In this document: one piece after another, positions 1 through 9,420 of the stretch | Numbering within the stretch: position 1 is the stretch's first letter | Layout: each line of letters begins with the position of its first letter | DNA from: Candidatus Saccharimonadota bacterium | GTDB taxonomy: Bacteria; Pseudomonadota; Gammaproteobacteria; Enterobacterales; Enterobacteriaceae | Length of the DNA: 32,000 nucleotides | Assembly (NCBI RefSeq): GCF_000185985.2 | Contig: NC_014909.2 | Coordinates: forward strand, 180,001 to 212,000 | Reading direction: 5' to 3' | Translations under genes and position numbers: made by a program | The notes under the pieces: model-generated | Told to the model about the DNA's origin: nothing | The model's input: the letters and a program-made list of their open reading frames with translations, nothing else | Database searches by the model: none

Positions 1-645
1 AAATCCCCTGATTATTAAAGAAAATAGATTTAGTGGTCTAAAAATTAGAAATTAAATATTATGAGTGGTTAATACATATATTCTAAAAATTAGTATGAAT
101 TTATTGTTTAGTAAAATTATAATATAGTTTGTTTTGAAGAACTTTAGTTGCTTTCATAGATAGGATTGTGTTTTAAAGTATTGACTAATAATATTTTGTA
201 TATTTGTATGTTTTATTTTTTTAGGAATTCAATTAATGTTGAATAATAAGATAATATAAAAAATTAAAGTACATATTATAAATGATTTATTAGTGAAATT
301 TTATAATTAAAAAATATAAATTATAATTTGAATCTACTATATTCTAGGTTTTAGATAGAATGAGTAGTTTTATTAGGTGTTATTTAGAATATACTGTATA
401 TCTAATGTTATAGATTTGTATTATGTTTTTTTATAAAATATAGTATATCAATACCCTATGTTTGTATGTTGTTATAAATAAAGATTATTTAAATTTTGTA
501 ATAATTTTTTATTTTTAATAGTATTATTAAAGATTGTTATTATAGTCTATTTAATAAATTAAATTATTGATGAACATACATTATATATATATGAATATTC
601 AGAATGTTGAAATATCGTTACTGTATGCATATTAGTGAGGAATAT

Positions 646-1107
646 ATGTTAAAAAAATCATCAAAAAAAAAATGTTCTTCTTTAAATGTTTTAATAATTG
701 CTGGAGTCAAACCATATATACGAAAATTGGACGAAGAATATATGAGTGTAAACCAATTATTACATTTTAAATCTATTTTAAAAGCATGGAAAAATCAATT
801 AACAACAGATATACAATGTTCTATATTACGAATGAAAGACGAAGTTTCTATAAATTTTCCAGATCCAGTAGATAGAGCTGTACAAGAAGAAGAATTTAAT
901 ATTGAATTACGGAATCGAGATAGAGAACGTAAACTTATAGAAAAAATTGAGAAAACTTTAAAAAAAATAGAGATAAAAGAATTTGGATTTTGTATATTAT
1001 GTGATATAGAAATTGGAATTCGAAGATTAGAAGCAAATCCAATAGCAGATTTATGTATTGATTGCAAGACATTAGAAGAACTTAAAGAAAAGCAAATGAT
1101 AGGTTAG
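646..1107 (+). CDS. dksA: RNA polymerase-binding transcription factor DksA
   Basis: Track ORF 604..1107 trimmed to ATG 646, which has GAGG at 637-640. It aligns end to end with E. coli DksA from memory ([35 protein letters not shown]). The C4 zinc finger CILC-x17-CIDC is present. The earlier in-frame ATG at 604 would add 14 residues with no counterpart in E. coli. Confidence 0.9.
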   Translation: MLKKSSKKKCSSLNVLIIAGVKPYIRKLDEEYMSVNQLLHFKSILKAWKNQLTTDIQCSILRMKDEVSINFPDPVDRAVQEEEFNIELRNRDRERKLIEKIEKTLKKIEIKEFGFCILCDIEIGIRRLEANPIADLCIDCKTLEELKEKQMIG

Positions 1108-1198
1108 TTTAATTTTGATAGAACATGTAAAAAAAAGAATTTTTTAAATATATGTAATACATATTATATCATTAATAGAGCATTAAGGATAAGATATT

Positions 1199-1696
1199 TT
1201 GGAACGGGTTTGGATAGGAGTAGGAAGTAATTTATTAGATCCTAAAAAACAAGTGGATCGTGCAATATGGGCTCTTGCTAATAAAATTCCAAAAACAAAA
1301 CTTGTGTTTTGCTCTAAGTATTATTGTAGCCTCCCTTTAGGAAGAATTAATCAGCCAAATTTTTTAAATATGGTTGTAGTATTGGATACTGATTTAAATC
1401 CAGAAATATTATTAATTTATATGCAAAAAATAGAAAAAGAGCAAGGGCGTGTACGAAGCACTTGTTTTTGTCATTTTTGGCAACCACGTACTTTAGATTT
1501 AGATATTTTATTATTTGGTAAACATGTAATACGCACTACTGATTTGATTATTCCTCATTATAATATGATAGAACGAGAATTTTTTATATATCCTTTATTT
1601 GAAATAGATCAATGTTTAATTTTTCCAGATGGAATACGTATAATAGATATTATTAAAAAGTTACCTAAAAACGGACTAACTTTTTGGAAAAGTTAA
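1199..1696 (+). CDS. folK: 2-amino-4-hydroxy-6-hydroxymethyldihydropteridine pyrophosphokinase (HPPK)
   Basis: TTG start at 1199 with AAGGA at 1185-1189. The N-terminus has the same length as E. coli FolK (xxxxxIGxGSNL). Conserved EQGRVR, PRTLDLDILLFG, IPHY and IFPDG motifs are present. Confidence 0.85.
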   Translation: MERVWIGVGSNLLDPKKQVDRAIWALANKIPKTKLVFCSKYYCSLPLGRINQPNFLNMVVVLDTDLNPEILLIYMQKIEKEQGRVRSTCFCHFWQPRTLDLDILLFGKHVIRTTDLIIPHYNMIEREFFIYPLFEIDQCLIFPDGIRIIDIIKKLPKNGLTFWKS

Positions 1697-2544
1697 TATA
1701 GGGTAGTAGATAAAGATATATATATTATCAAATATAAATTCTTGTTTTTGTAATTTATTTTTGAATTCATAGCATGAATTGGTTATTATATGATCATATA
1801 ATTTAATGACTTGATATATTAAATAAAATTTTAAAAATCTAATTTAAATTTTTACTATTTTTAGTTAAATCGAGATATTAAAGAATTTATATAAGGATGA
1901 ATTGGAGTATCCCAATTTTATTTTTTTATTTAGCATAAGAGTGAGTATTAATGAAATGAAACAAATTATAGATTATTATTAATGGGGTTAGTTAATAATA
2001 TTAATACTATGCCATGGGATTATATTTTGATTTATGTATATCTATCTATTAGTAGTGGAGTAATAGAGTGAAAAAGGCTTTGTTTTTTTGAGTTAATAGT
2101 TATGGTGATTTTTAAAAAAAGATTTAATTTAGTATTATTGGAATTTAGGTTTATATAAAAATAAATTTTAATTATATTTTAGTATATAAAATGAATTTGA
2201 AAAGTATTGTAAATTAAAATTTCATATGAAACATCATTAAATATATTTATACGATAGTAATGGGTTATTTTATATTTTAAAAATTTTACAAAAAAAGTAT
2301 AATGTAAAAAAAAATCTTGAAAAATTTTATTAAATATTATGAATTAAAATGATCGGAAATGTAGTTAATTTTTATAAAATTATAGATTTTTTATTTTTTA
2401 ATGTAAAGATAAATAATTGTTTGTTATTAAATTTGTTTTGATTTATGTTATGGGGGTTGGGTAATAAAGTATAGGCAACTAACTATTAATTTAGTTGTTA
2501 GTAATTAAGTGTTAATCATTCATTATATAATGATATACTTTTAT
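1697..2544. other. ORF-free AT-rich spacer between convergent folK and lpdA (presumed eroded gene remnants)
   Basis: The track shows no ORF of 60 aa or more on either strand, and I could not recognise any RNA-gene-like G+C island. In E. coli, about 25 genes (b0117-b0141) lie between lpd and folK. Confidence 0.5.
1900..1927 (+). terminator. Weak candidate intrinsic terminator about 200 nt downstream of folK
   Basis: A 6-bp stem AATTGG (1900-1905) / CCAATT (1912-1917) with a 6-nt loop, followed by TTATTTTTTTATTT. Only 2 G:C pairs, and T-runs are ubiquitous in this AT-rich DNA. Confidence 0.2.
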
Positions 2545-3978
2545 TTATAATGAAAAATCTTTGATAGATTTATAGTATATTGATGCTGCTAATTCTATTG
2601 ATTCGTGTAGTGTGGGGTGCGCATGTATAGTTAAAGTAATATCCTCCACATCGCATCCCATTTCTATTGCTAGGGCTATTTCTCCTATAATTTCACTGGC
2701 ATTGGTTCCAATAACTGATCCTCCAATTATTTTATGGGTGGTTTTATCAAAAACTAATTTAGTTATCCCTTCAGTACAATTAGAAGTAATAGCTTTTCCT
2801 AGGGCCGTCCATGGTAAAGCAACGGATTTATATTGTATTTGTTCTTCAGTTTGTTGTGCTGTTTGTTCAGTGTATCCAACCCAAGCTATTTCTGGATTAG
2901 TATATATAATAGATGGAATAATTTTAGCATCAAAATAGTAATTTTTACCGGAGATAACTTCTGCAGCTACATATCCCTCATGTATGCTTTTATGAGCTAA
3001 CATTGGATGCCCAATAATATCGCCAATAGCGAAGATATTTGGTACGTTAGTACGCATTTGTTTATCTACGGAAATAAATCCATATTTATTTACATTTATT
3101 CCTGCATTTTGAAGATTAAGTATATTGCTATTTGGAGCTCTTCCGATTGCTATTAGTATAGCGTCATATTTATTAGTATTTTTAATCGTAGTATCTGAAT
3201 TATTTTCCATCACTACATATATCCCATCTGTTTGAGTATATATAGAATTAATTTTAGTATTAATGATGCAATCAATATTTTTGTTATACAAGTTTTTAGA
3301 TAATATTTTAATAATATCTTGATCTAATATTGGTATAATTTTATTTTGCGATTCTAATATTTCTACTTTACTTCCTAAAGCGTGATATATCGTTGCCATT
3401 TCTAGACCAATAGCTCCAGCTCCTACGATTAAAAGAGTCTCAGGTATTGATTGTAATTGTAATGCATCAGTCGAATGCCAAATTCTTTTATCGTTTGGTA
3501 GGGATGAGAAAGATAGGGTATGAGAGCCGGCGGCTATAATGGCATAATCAAATATAACTTGTAAAGTTTCTTCTTGTTGGTCGTTGAATATTTGTAGTGT
3601 ATGATTATCAATAAATTTTCCTAATCCATGAACAATATTAACATTATGAGCCTTAGCCAAAGAATATAGATTTCGTGATAATTGATTGATAATATTATTT
3701 TTCCATAATGAAATTTTATTTAAATCGAGTTGAATTTGGGGATTTTGTTGTAAAATTCCATATTTACTTAGATTTTTATTATCATTAATTAATTTAGCAA
3801 TATGTAATAATGATTTAGATGGTATACATCCAACATTTAAACACACTCCTCCTAGATTTTTATAACGTTCTACTATCATAGTCTTCATTCCTAAATCAGA
3901 ACAACGAAAAGCTGCAGAATAGCCTCCTGGCCCCGCACCTATAACAAGAATAGTAGTTCTTTCTATTTTGATATTCAT
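2545..3978 (-). CDS. lpdA: Dihydrolipoyl dehydrogenase (E3 of pyruvate/2-oxoglutarate dehydrogenase)
   Basis: 477 aa, near full-length match to E. coli Lpd (474 aa). FAD-binding GAGPGGYSAAFR, redox disulfide GGVCLNVGCIPSK, and C-terminal interface HAHPTLHES are present. Confidence 0.95.
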   Translation of the reverse strand: MNIKIERTTILVIGAGPGGYSAAFRCSDLGMKTMIVERYKNLGGVCLNVGCIPSKSLLHIAKLINDNKNLSKYGILQQNPQIQLDLNKISLWKNNIINQLSRNLYSLAKAHNVNIVHGLGKFIDNHTLQIFNDQQEETLQVIFDYAIIAAGSHTLSFSSLPNDKRIWHSTDALQLQSIPETLLIVGAGAIGLEMATIYHALGSKVEILESQNKIIPILDQDIIKILSKNLYNKNIDCIINTKINSIYTQTDGIYVVMENNSDTTIKNTNKYDAILIAIGRAPNSNILNLQNAGINVNKYGFISVDKQMRTNVPNIFAIGDIIGHPMLAHKSIHEGYVAAEVISGKNYYFDAKIIPSIIYTNPEIAWVGYTEQTAQQTEEQIQYKSVALPWTALGKAITSNCTEGITKLVFDKTTHKIIGGSVIGTNASEIIGEIALAIEMGCDVEDITLTIHAHPTLHESIELAASIYYKSIKDFSL

Positions 3979-4064
3979 ATTATTTTTTATATTTTTATTT
4001 TATATTACATTATAAAAGCATGATAACATAATTACAGCAATAATTTTATTTCTTTTAGTTAAAG

Positions 4065-5405
4065 TTACATAGATAATAATCGTATATCTGAAAGAATTTT
4101 GTTAATATGGCGTATAAATTTTGATCCATCTACTCCATCTATAACTCGGTGATCATACGATAAGGATATAGGTAGTACCAATTTAGGTAAAAATTTTTTT
4201 CCAGTCCATATAGGATAGATCATAGATTTAGATACTCCTAAAATAGCTACTTCAGGGGCATTTATAATTGGAGTAAAAAACATTCCTCCAATGTTTCCTA
4301 AGTTAGATATAGTAAAAGTTCCTCCTTGCATATCAGAAGGAATTAATTGATTTTCAATTCGTGCTTTTTTAGCAATTTCTGATAATTCTTGAGCTAATGT
4401 CATAATATTTTTTTTATTGGTATTATGTAATACAGGAACTAATAATCCTTGTTTGGTATTGACAGCTATTCCAATATTAATATTTTTTTTTAAAATTAAT
4501 TTATCGCCATTCCTTGATAAGGAGCTATTAAATTGAGGTAGTTCTTTTAATACTTTAGACACTGCTTTTATTACAAATGCTAATATTGTGATTTTATAAT
4601 CTGTTTTTTTATTTTGTATTTCTAAATTCTGTTGTTTTCTGAAAAGTTCTAAATCAGTAATGTCGATTATATCGAATTGTGTTACATGAGGGATTTCAAT
4701 CCAATTTTTTTGTAAATTACGTCCTGAAGATTGTTGTATTTTTGTTAATTGTATGGTTGATATGTAGTTAGTAGTATTATTGGTATTTATTGTTGATTTT
4801 TTTTGTGTTAAATCAAAAGATTTATTTTCTTTCTTTGAAGATTGAGAAGGATAGTGGTTATGTATATTATTTTTAATATTATTTAGATAGTTTTGAAGAT
4901 CTTCTTTTAAAATTCGACCTTTTCGTCCACTACCTTTTATTTGCGATAAATTTATTCTAAATTTTCGAGCCATATGTCTAATGACAGGGGTGGCATACAT
5001 AATGGGGTTTTCAGTAGGAGTTGAAAGAAGAGATGTAGTTTTTTTTGTGTCATCATAATGGGAATTATTGTTATTTTTTGTAATTGTATTGTTTAAGTTA
5101 TTTTGTTGGTTAATGGCACTATCAAGTGAGATATCTTTTTCTTTATGCAAAGATTGAAGATTTTTAGGTTCGTTTTTGACATCTACTGATAAAATTAAAG
5201 ATCCTGTATGTACTTTTTCCCCAATATTAATATAAATTTTAGTAACAAGACCAGAATAAGGAGAAGGAATTTCCATAGACGATTTATCTCCTTCTATTAT
5301 AGCTAAGGGTTGATTAATATTAATATTATCTCCAATTTTTATTAGTATTTCGGTTACTTCTAATGCATCTTCCCCGATATTTGGTACATGAATATCAATC
5401 ACCAT
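4065..5405 (-). CDS. aceF: Dihydrolipoamide acetyltransferase (E2 of pyruvate dehydrogenase), single lipoyl domain
   Basis: One N-terminal lipoyl domain with the EGDKSSMEIP lipoyl-lysine motif. An E3-binding domain follows (ATPVIRHMARKFRINLSQIKGSGRKGRI). The catalytic domain ends in SLSYDHRVIDGVDG. SD GAGGAA on the coding strand lies at 5411-5416, 5 nt before the ATG. Confidence 0.93.
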   Translation of the reverse strand: MVIDIHVPNIGEDALEVTEILIKIGDNININQPLAIIEGDKSSMEIPSPYSGLVTKIYINIGEKVHTGSLILSVDVKNEPKNLQSLHKEKDISLDSAINQQNNLNNTITKNNNNSHYDDTKKTTSLLSTPTENPIMYATPVIRHMARKFRINLSQIKGSGRKGRILKEDLQNYLNNIKNNIHNHYPSQSSKKENKSFDLTQKKSTINTNNTTNYISTIQLTKIQQSSGRNLQKNWIEIPHVTQFDIIDITDLELFRKQQNLEIQNKKTDYKITILAFVIKAVSKVLKELPQFNSSLSRNGDKLILKKNINIGIAVNTKQGLLVPVLHNTNKKNIMTLAQELSEIAKKARIENQLIPSDMQGGTFTISNLGNIGGMFFTPIINAPEVAILGVSKSMIYPIWTGKKFLPKLVLPISLSYDHRVIDGVDGSKFIRHINKILSDIRLLSM

Positions 5406-5422
5406 TATGATTCCTCTTTTTT

Positions 5423-8101
5423 TTACATTAAACGTGGATTAATTTTTTCAGGATCAATGTTAAACATTTTAATAGCTTTAGATACGATATCAATATGTAT
5501 ATATCCTTGTTTTGTTAAATTAAATAATGCAGCAACCACTATATATCCGGAATTAACTTCGAAATAATGTCTTAAATTTTCTCGACTATCGGAACGTCCA
5601 AATCCGTCTGTACCCAAAACAAAAAAGTTATTATTTGGCACAAAACTTCGAACTTGTTCTGCAAATAGTTTCATGTAGTCAGTAGCAGCTATAGTAGGAA
5701 AGTCGTTTAATATGGAAGTAATATAAGGCACTTTTGGGGTGCTTGAAGGGTGTAGCATATTCCATCGTTCGCAATCTTGGCCATTTCGTGCTAGTTCTGT
5801 AAATGAAGTAACACTATATACGTCTGAACTGACATTGTATTCACGTGATAAAATTTGAGCAGCGTCACGTACCATTCTTAAAATTGAACCAGATCCCATT
5901 AGTTGAACTTTACCATTTTTTCCAGGTAGAGACTCTAATTTATAAATACCTTTAATAATTCCTTCTTCAATCCCAGGAGGCATAGATGGCATATGATATC
6001 TTTCATTCAATGTGGTGATATAAAAATATATATTTTCTGGATTTTTCCCGTACATACGTATCAATCCGTTATGTATAATAACAGTAATTTCATATAAATA
6101 TGCTGGATCATAAGAAATGCAGTTAGGAATAGTTAGTGATTGAATATGACTATGTCCATCAGCATGTTGTAATCCTTCCCCATTTAAAGTAGTTCTACCA
6201 GATGTAGCACCAATTAAAAATCCTCGAGCTTGCTGATCAGCTGATGCCCATAAGAAATCTCCGATTCTTTGAAACCCGAATATGGAGTAATATATATAAA
6301 AAGGGACCATAGGGAAGTTATTGGTGCTATATGAAGTAGCAGCAGCTAACCAAGAGGCGGCAGCTCCTAATTCACTGATTCCTTCTTCTAGTATTTGTCC
6401 TTGTTTATCTTCTCGGTAGTATGAAAGTAAATTATGATCTTGAGGAGTATATTGTTGTCCTAATGGATTATAAATTCCAATTTTTCTAAATAAGTCTTCC
6501 ATTCCAAAAGTGCGAGCTTCATCTGCAATTATAGGAACTAATCGGTTTTTAAGCGAAGGATATTGTAATAATATATTTAATATTCGAATAAATGCTAATG
6601 TAGTAGAGATATTTTTATTTTGTTGTTGCAATAATGAATCAAAATATTCTAATTTTGGAAGCTCTAATGTATGAGTAGAATTTGTTAAACGAGTTGGAAG
6701 ATATCCAAACAAGGCTTGTCGCCTTTTATGTAAATATAGAGATTCTTCCGAATCTTTTTTAAAAGTTAAATATGGTAATGATTCTATTTGATGATCTTTA
6801 ATAATGGAATTTAATTCAAATCTATCTCTAAAATATTGAATTGTTTTAATATTAATTTTTTTTATTTGATGGGCTATATTGACTCCTTCTATTTCTGAGC
6901 CCATTCCGTATCCCTTAATAGTATGTGCTAAAATTACAACAGGTTTTTTAATATTATTTTTAGCTTTTTTTAAAGCAGCGAAAATTTTTTTAGGATCATG
7001 CCCTCCTCTATTTAATTCCCAGATTTCAGAATCACTCATATCTTTAACTAAAGCTTTAGTTTCTGCGTATTTTCCAAAAAAATATTTACGAATATATTTT
7101 CCATCTTTAGATTTAAATGTTTGATAATCTCCATCAACAGTTTCATTCATTAATTGAATTAATTTTCCAGTTTTGTCTTTATTGAATAATTTATCCCATT
7201 TACTTCCCCAAATCACTTTTATGACTTCCCATCCTGATCCGATAAAAATATTTTCTAAATCGTTAATAATTTTACCGTTTCCTGTGACTGGTCCATCTAA
7301 TCGTTGTAAGTTGCAATTAATTATGAAAATTAAATTATTTAGTTTATCTCTAGAGGCGATATTAAGTGCTCCTTTAGATTCAGGTTCATCCATTTCACCA
7401 TCTCCTAAAAAAGCATATACTGTTTGTTGAGAAGTGTTTTTTAGATTTCTGTTATATAAATATTTTAAGAATTTAGCTTGATAGATTGCATTAATTGCAG
7501 TTAGCCCCATAGAAACTGTTGGAAATTGCCAAAATTCTGGCATTAATTTTGGATGAGGATATGAAGAAAGACCTATGTTGTTTACTTCTTGACGAAAATT
7601 ATCTATATGTTCTTTTTTTAATCGTCCTTCTAGAAAAGCTCTAGCATATATTCCTGGAGAGATATGTCCTTGAAAATAAATTAAGTCTCCTTCGTCGATT
7701 GAGTTACGTGCTCGAAAAAAATGATTAAAACATACTTCATATAATGTAGCAGATGATTGAAAGGAAGCAATATGCCCCCCTAAATCTAATTTTTTTTTTG
7801 ATGCATGTAATACCATCATCATAGCATTCCATCGAATAGTAGAACATATTCGTTGTTCTATTTTTAAATTACCTGGATATTCAGGTTCGTCTTGTACAGG
7901 AATAGTATTTATATAGTCACTATTCAATAAACTATTATTATTATTAGGAATGATTAATCCATCAGCTCGTGCTTTATTTATAATTTGATTAATTAAAAAA
8001 TGAGCTCTAGAAATACCGTCTTTTTGTATAACTGAAGCAATAGATTGTATCCATTCTTGTGTTTCTATTGAATCTATATCGTGATTTAAACAAGATGACA
8101 T
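5423..8101 (-). CDS. aceE: Pyruvate dehydrogenase E1 component
   Basis: 892 aa versus about 887 in E. coli AceE, collinear throughout. ThDP-binding region GDGEMDEPES...NCNLQRLDGPV is present. SD GGGAG (complement of 8109-8113) lies 7 nt before the ATG. The stop is 17 nt upstream of the aceF start. Confidence 0.95.
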   Translation of the reverse strand: MSSCLNHDIDSIETQEWIQSIASVIQKDGISRAHFLINQIINKARADGLIIPNNNNSLLNSDYINTIPVQDEPEYPGNLKIEQRICSTIRWNAMMMVLHASKKKLDLGGHIASFQSSATLYEVCFNHFFRARNSIDEGDLIYFQGHISPGIYARAFLEGRLKKEHIDNFRQEVNNIGLSSYPHPKLMPEFWQFPTVSMGLTAINAIYQAKFLKYLYNRNLKNTSQQTVYAFLGDGEMDEPESKGALNIASRDKLNNLIFIINCNLQRLDGPVTGNGKIINDLENIFIGSGWEVIKVIWGSKWDKLFNKDKTGKLIQLMNETVDGDYQTFKSKDGKYIRKYFFGKYAETKALVKDMSDSEIWELNRGGHDPKKIFAALKKAKNNIKKPVVILAHTIKGYGMGSEIEGVNIAHQIKKINIKTIQYFRDRFELNSIIKDHQIESLPYLTFKKDSEESLYLHKRRQALFGYLPTRLTNSTHTLELPKLEYFDSLLQQQNKNISTTLAFIRILNILLQYPSLKNRLVPIIADEARTFGMEDLFRKIGIYNPLGQQYTPQDHNLLSYYREDKQGQILEEGISELGAAASWLAAATSYSTNNFPMVPFYIYYSIFGFQRIGDFLWASADQQARGFLIGATSGRTTLNGEGLQHADGHSHIQSLTIPNCISYDPAYLYEITVIIHNGLIRMYGKNPENIYFYITTLNERYHMPSMPPGIEEGIIKGIYKLESLPGKNGKVQLMGSGSILRMVRDAAQILSREYNVSSDVYSVTSFTELARNGQDCERWNMLHPSSTPKVPYITSILNDFPTIAATDYMKLFAEQVRSFVPNNNFFVLGTDGFGRSDSRENLRHYFEVNSGYIVVAALFNLTKQGYIHIDIVSKAIKMFNIDPEKINPRLM

Positions 8102-9420
8102 TATTGAGCTCCCTTAATATAGAAATATAAAGATAATATATTACAATTTATTTGATATATTAAAATACATTATTCACATCATGAGGAAATTAATATTTGT
8201 ATATTTAAAATGTATATGAATTTTTTCTTTAAAAATTGATTGTGTCATTTTAGATATTTGTGTAGAAGTTTATAATAAAATATACTTAATATTATTTGTA
8301 TAAATATGCTTATACTCAAATAATTAATTTTAGATATATTGTCGTATATATGTGTTATAACAAAATTTGTTTTTAATCGAAATAAATTAACAAAATATAT
8401 GTGTTTTGTCTATATGTGTGACAGATTATGGCAAGTAATTTAAAATTGATTTTTAATGAATAAAATAAATTATTTAGTATTTTAAAAATACAAATGAGCA
8501 AATTATTATTGTCTATTTCTAAGAGATACTTACTTACGGATTTTCATTGCGTCGATATTTATTAAGATAAAAGAATATAACAGAATTTTGTATAGTAATT
8601 TAAAAAAAATAATGAAAATGCTATGCAGAATAGTTTTAATACTATAAGTTTATATGTTAGAGATCGTTTGATAAAAAAGATTATTTGATATATTAATATT
8701 TTTTAATTTTTTATTTACACAAAAATTGCTGAATAATGATTTAAACAATTAATTTTTATGAATTCATAGAGTAATAAATTCAGTCATTTTTTGGTAAAAA
8801 GTGTGTAGAGAGATTAAGAAAATGAACGTATATTAAAGTACAATTAAAAATTGTTTAAATTAATGAGTATTAATAAAACTATGGTGTAATAGCTTTATTT
8901 AATGTAATTATAAAATAATAGTATTTTTTATTCGATAAGTAATAGTAGTTTATATATTTTGATTTATTAGGAGCATAAATGAATTTAAATTATTTAAAAT
9001 AAAGCATTATATATTTTTGAGTTGTTAGGTGATATACATGATAATAATAGAAGTAAGTAATTAAATTATTTTTGTGGTTGTAAATGAGTAAAAGGTTGTT
9101 TTATAGCAGTTAATTTTAGGTGTCATTGAATTAAGTATATTGATAATGAATATATTTTTGAATTTTTAATACGTGTATAACTTTTAAATTTTATAATTTT
9201 AAAATTTTATCATATATAAAATTGGTAATATTATTGTACTTAATAATAAGTTATAAGGTTAAATGCAGTGATTATATAAATGTTTTTTGATTTTTATTAA
9301 TTCAGGAATTTGTAAATGTTATGATACAAAATTTAATTTATAAATTAAGATATAAGATGTTATCAGTCTTTTCGGTAGTTTTATTCAAGATAACCGAGTG
9401 TGTTGTGTAGTTTCATAATA
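8102..9420. other. 1.3 kb ORF-free AT-rich spacer between divergent aceE and mrcB (presumed eroded gene remnants plus promoters)
   Basis: The track shows no ORF of 60 aa or more on either strand. This is where pdhR (upstream of aceE) and sfsA-ligT-hrpB (upstream of mrcB) sit in E. coli. I recognised no PdhR box (ATTGGT-n3-ACCAAT). Confidence 0.5.

Noticed and set aside
1-18. The window begins AAATCCCCTGATTATTA, which resembles the end of a tRNA T-loop/T-stem (..TTCAAATCC..) plus an acceptor strand
   Set aside because: Only about 18 nt are visible. The implied acceptor stem (AATAATC/GATTATT) would start with A and be entirely A:T except for one pair, which is atypical. The call cannot be supported without the upstream sequence.
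795-1067. 90-aa ORF antisense to dksA
   Set aside because: It lies wholly inside and opposite a well-supported dksA reading frame. The product is low-complexity with no recognisable motif, which is typical of shadow ORFs.
1893-1935. AAGGA plus ATG at 1897 opening a 13-codon ORF (MNWSIPILFFYLA) that overlaps the hairpin and T-run downstream of folK
   Set aside because: A mini-ORF of this size is expected by chance, and the hairpin is weak. There is nothing to separate it from noise.
2612-2938. 108-aa plus-strand ORF inside lpdA
   Set aside because: It is antisense to the strongly conserved lpdA frame. It is a Cys/Ile/Val-rich mirror translation with no independent start signal.
6879-7430. 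Two plus-strand ORFs (81 aa and 85 aa) inside aceE
   Set aside because: Both are antisense shadows of aceE, with no SD and no recognisable domains.
8968-9002. Textbook SD (TAGGAG) plus ATG at 8979, opening a 7-codon ORF (MNLNYLK) in the aceE-mrcB spacer
   Set aside because: It is too short to call a gene, with no conservation data. It is mentioned only as a possible fossil gene start or leader peptide in the spacer finding.
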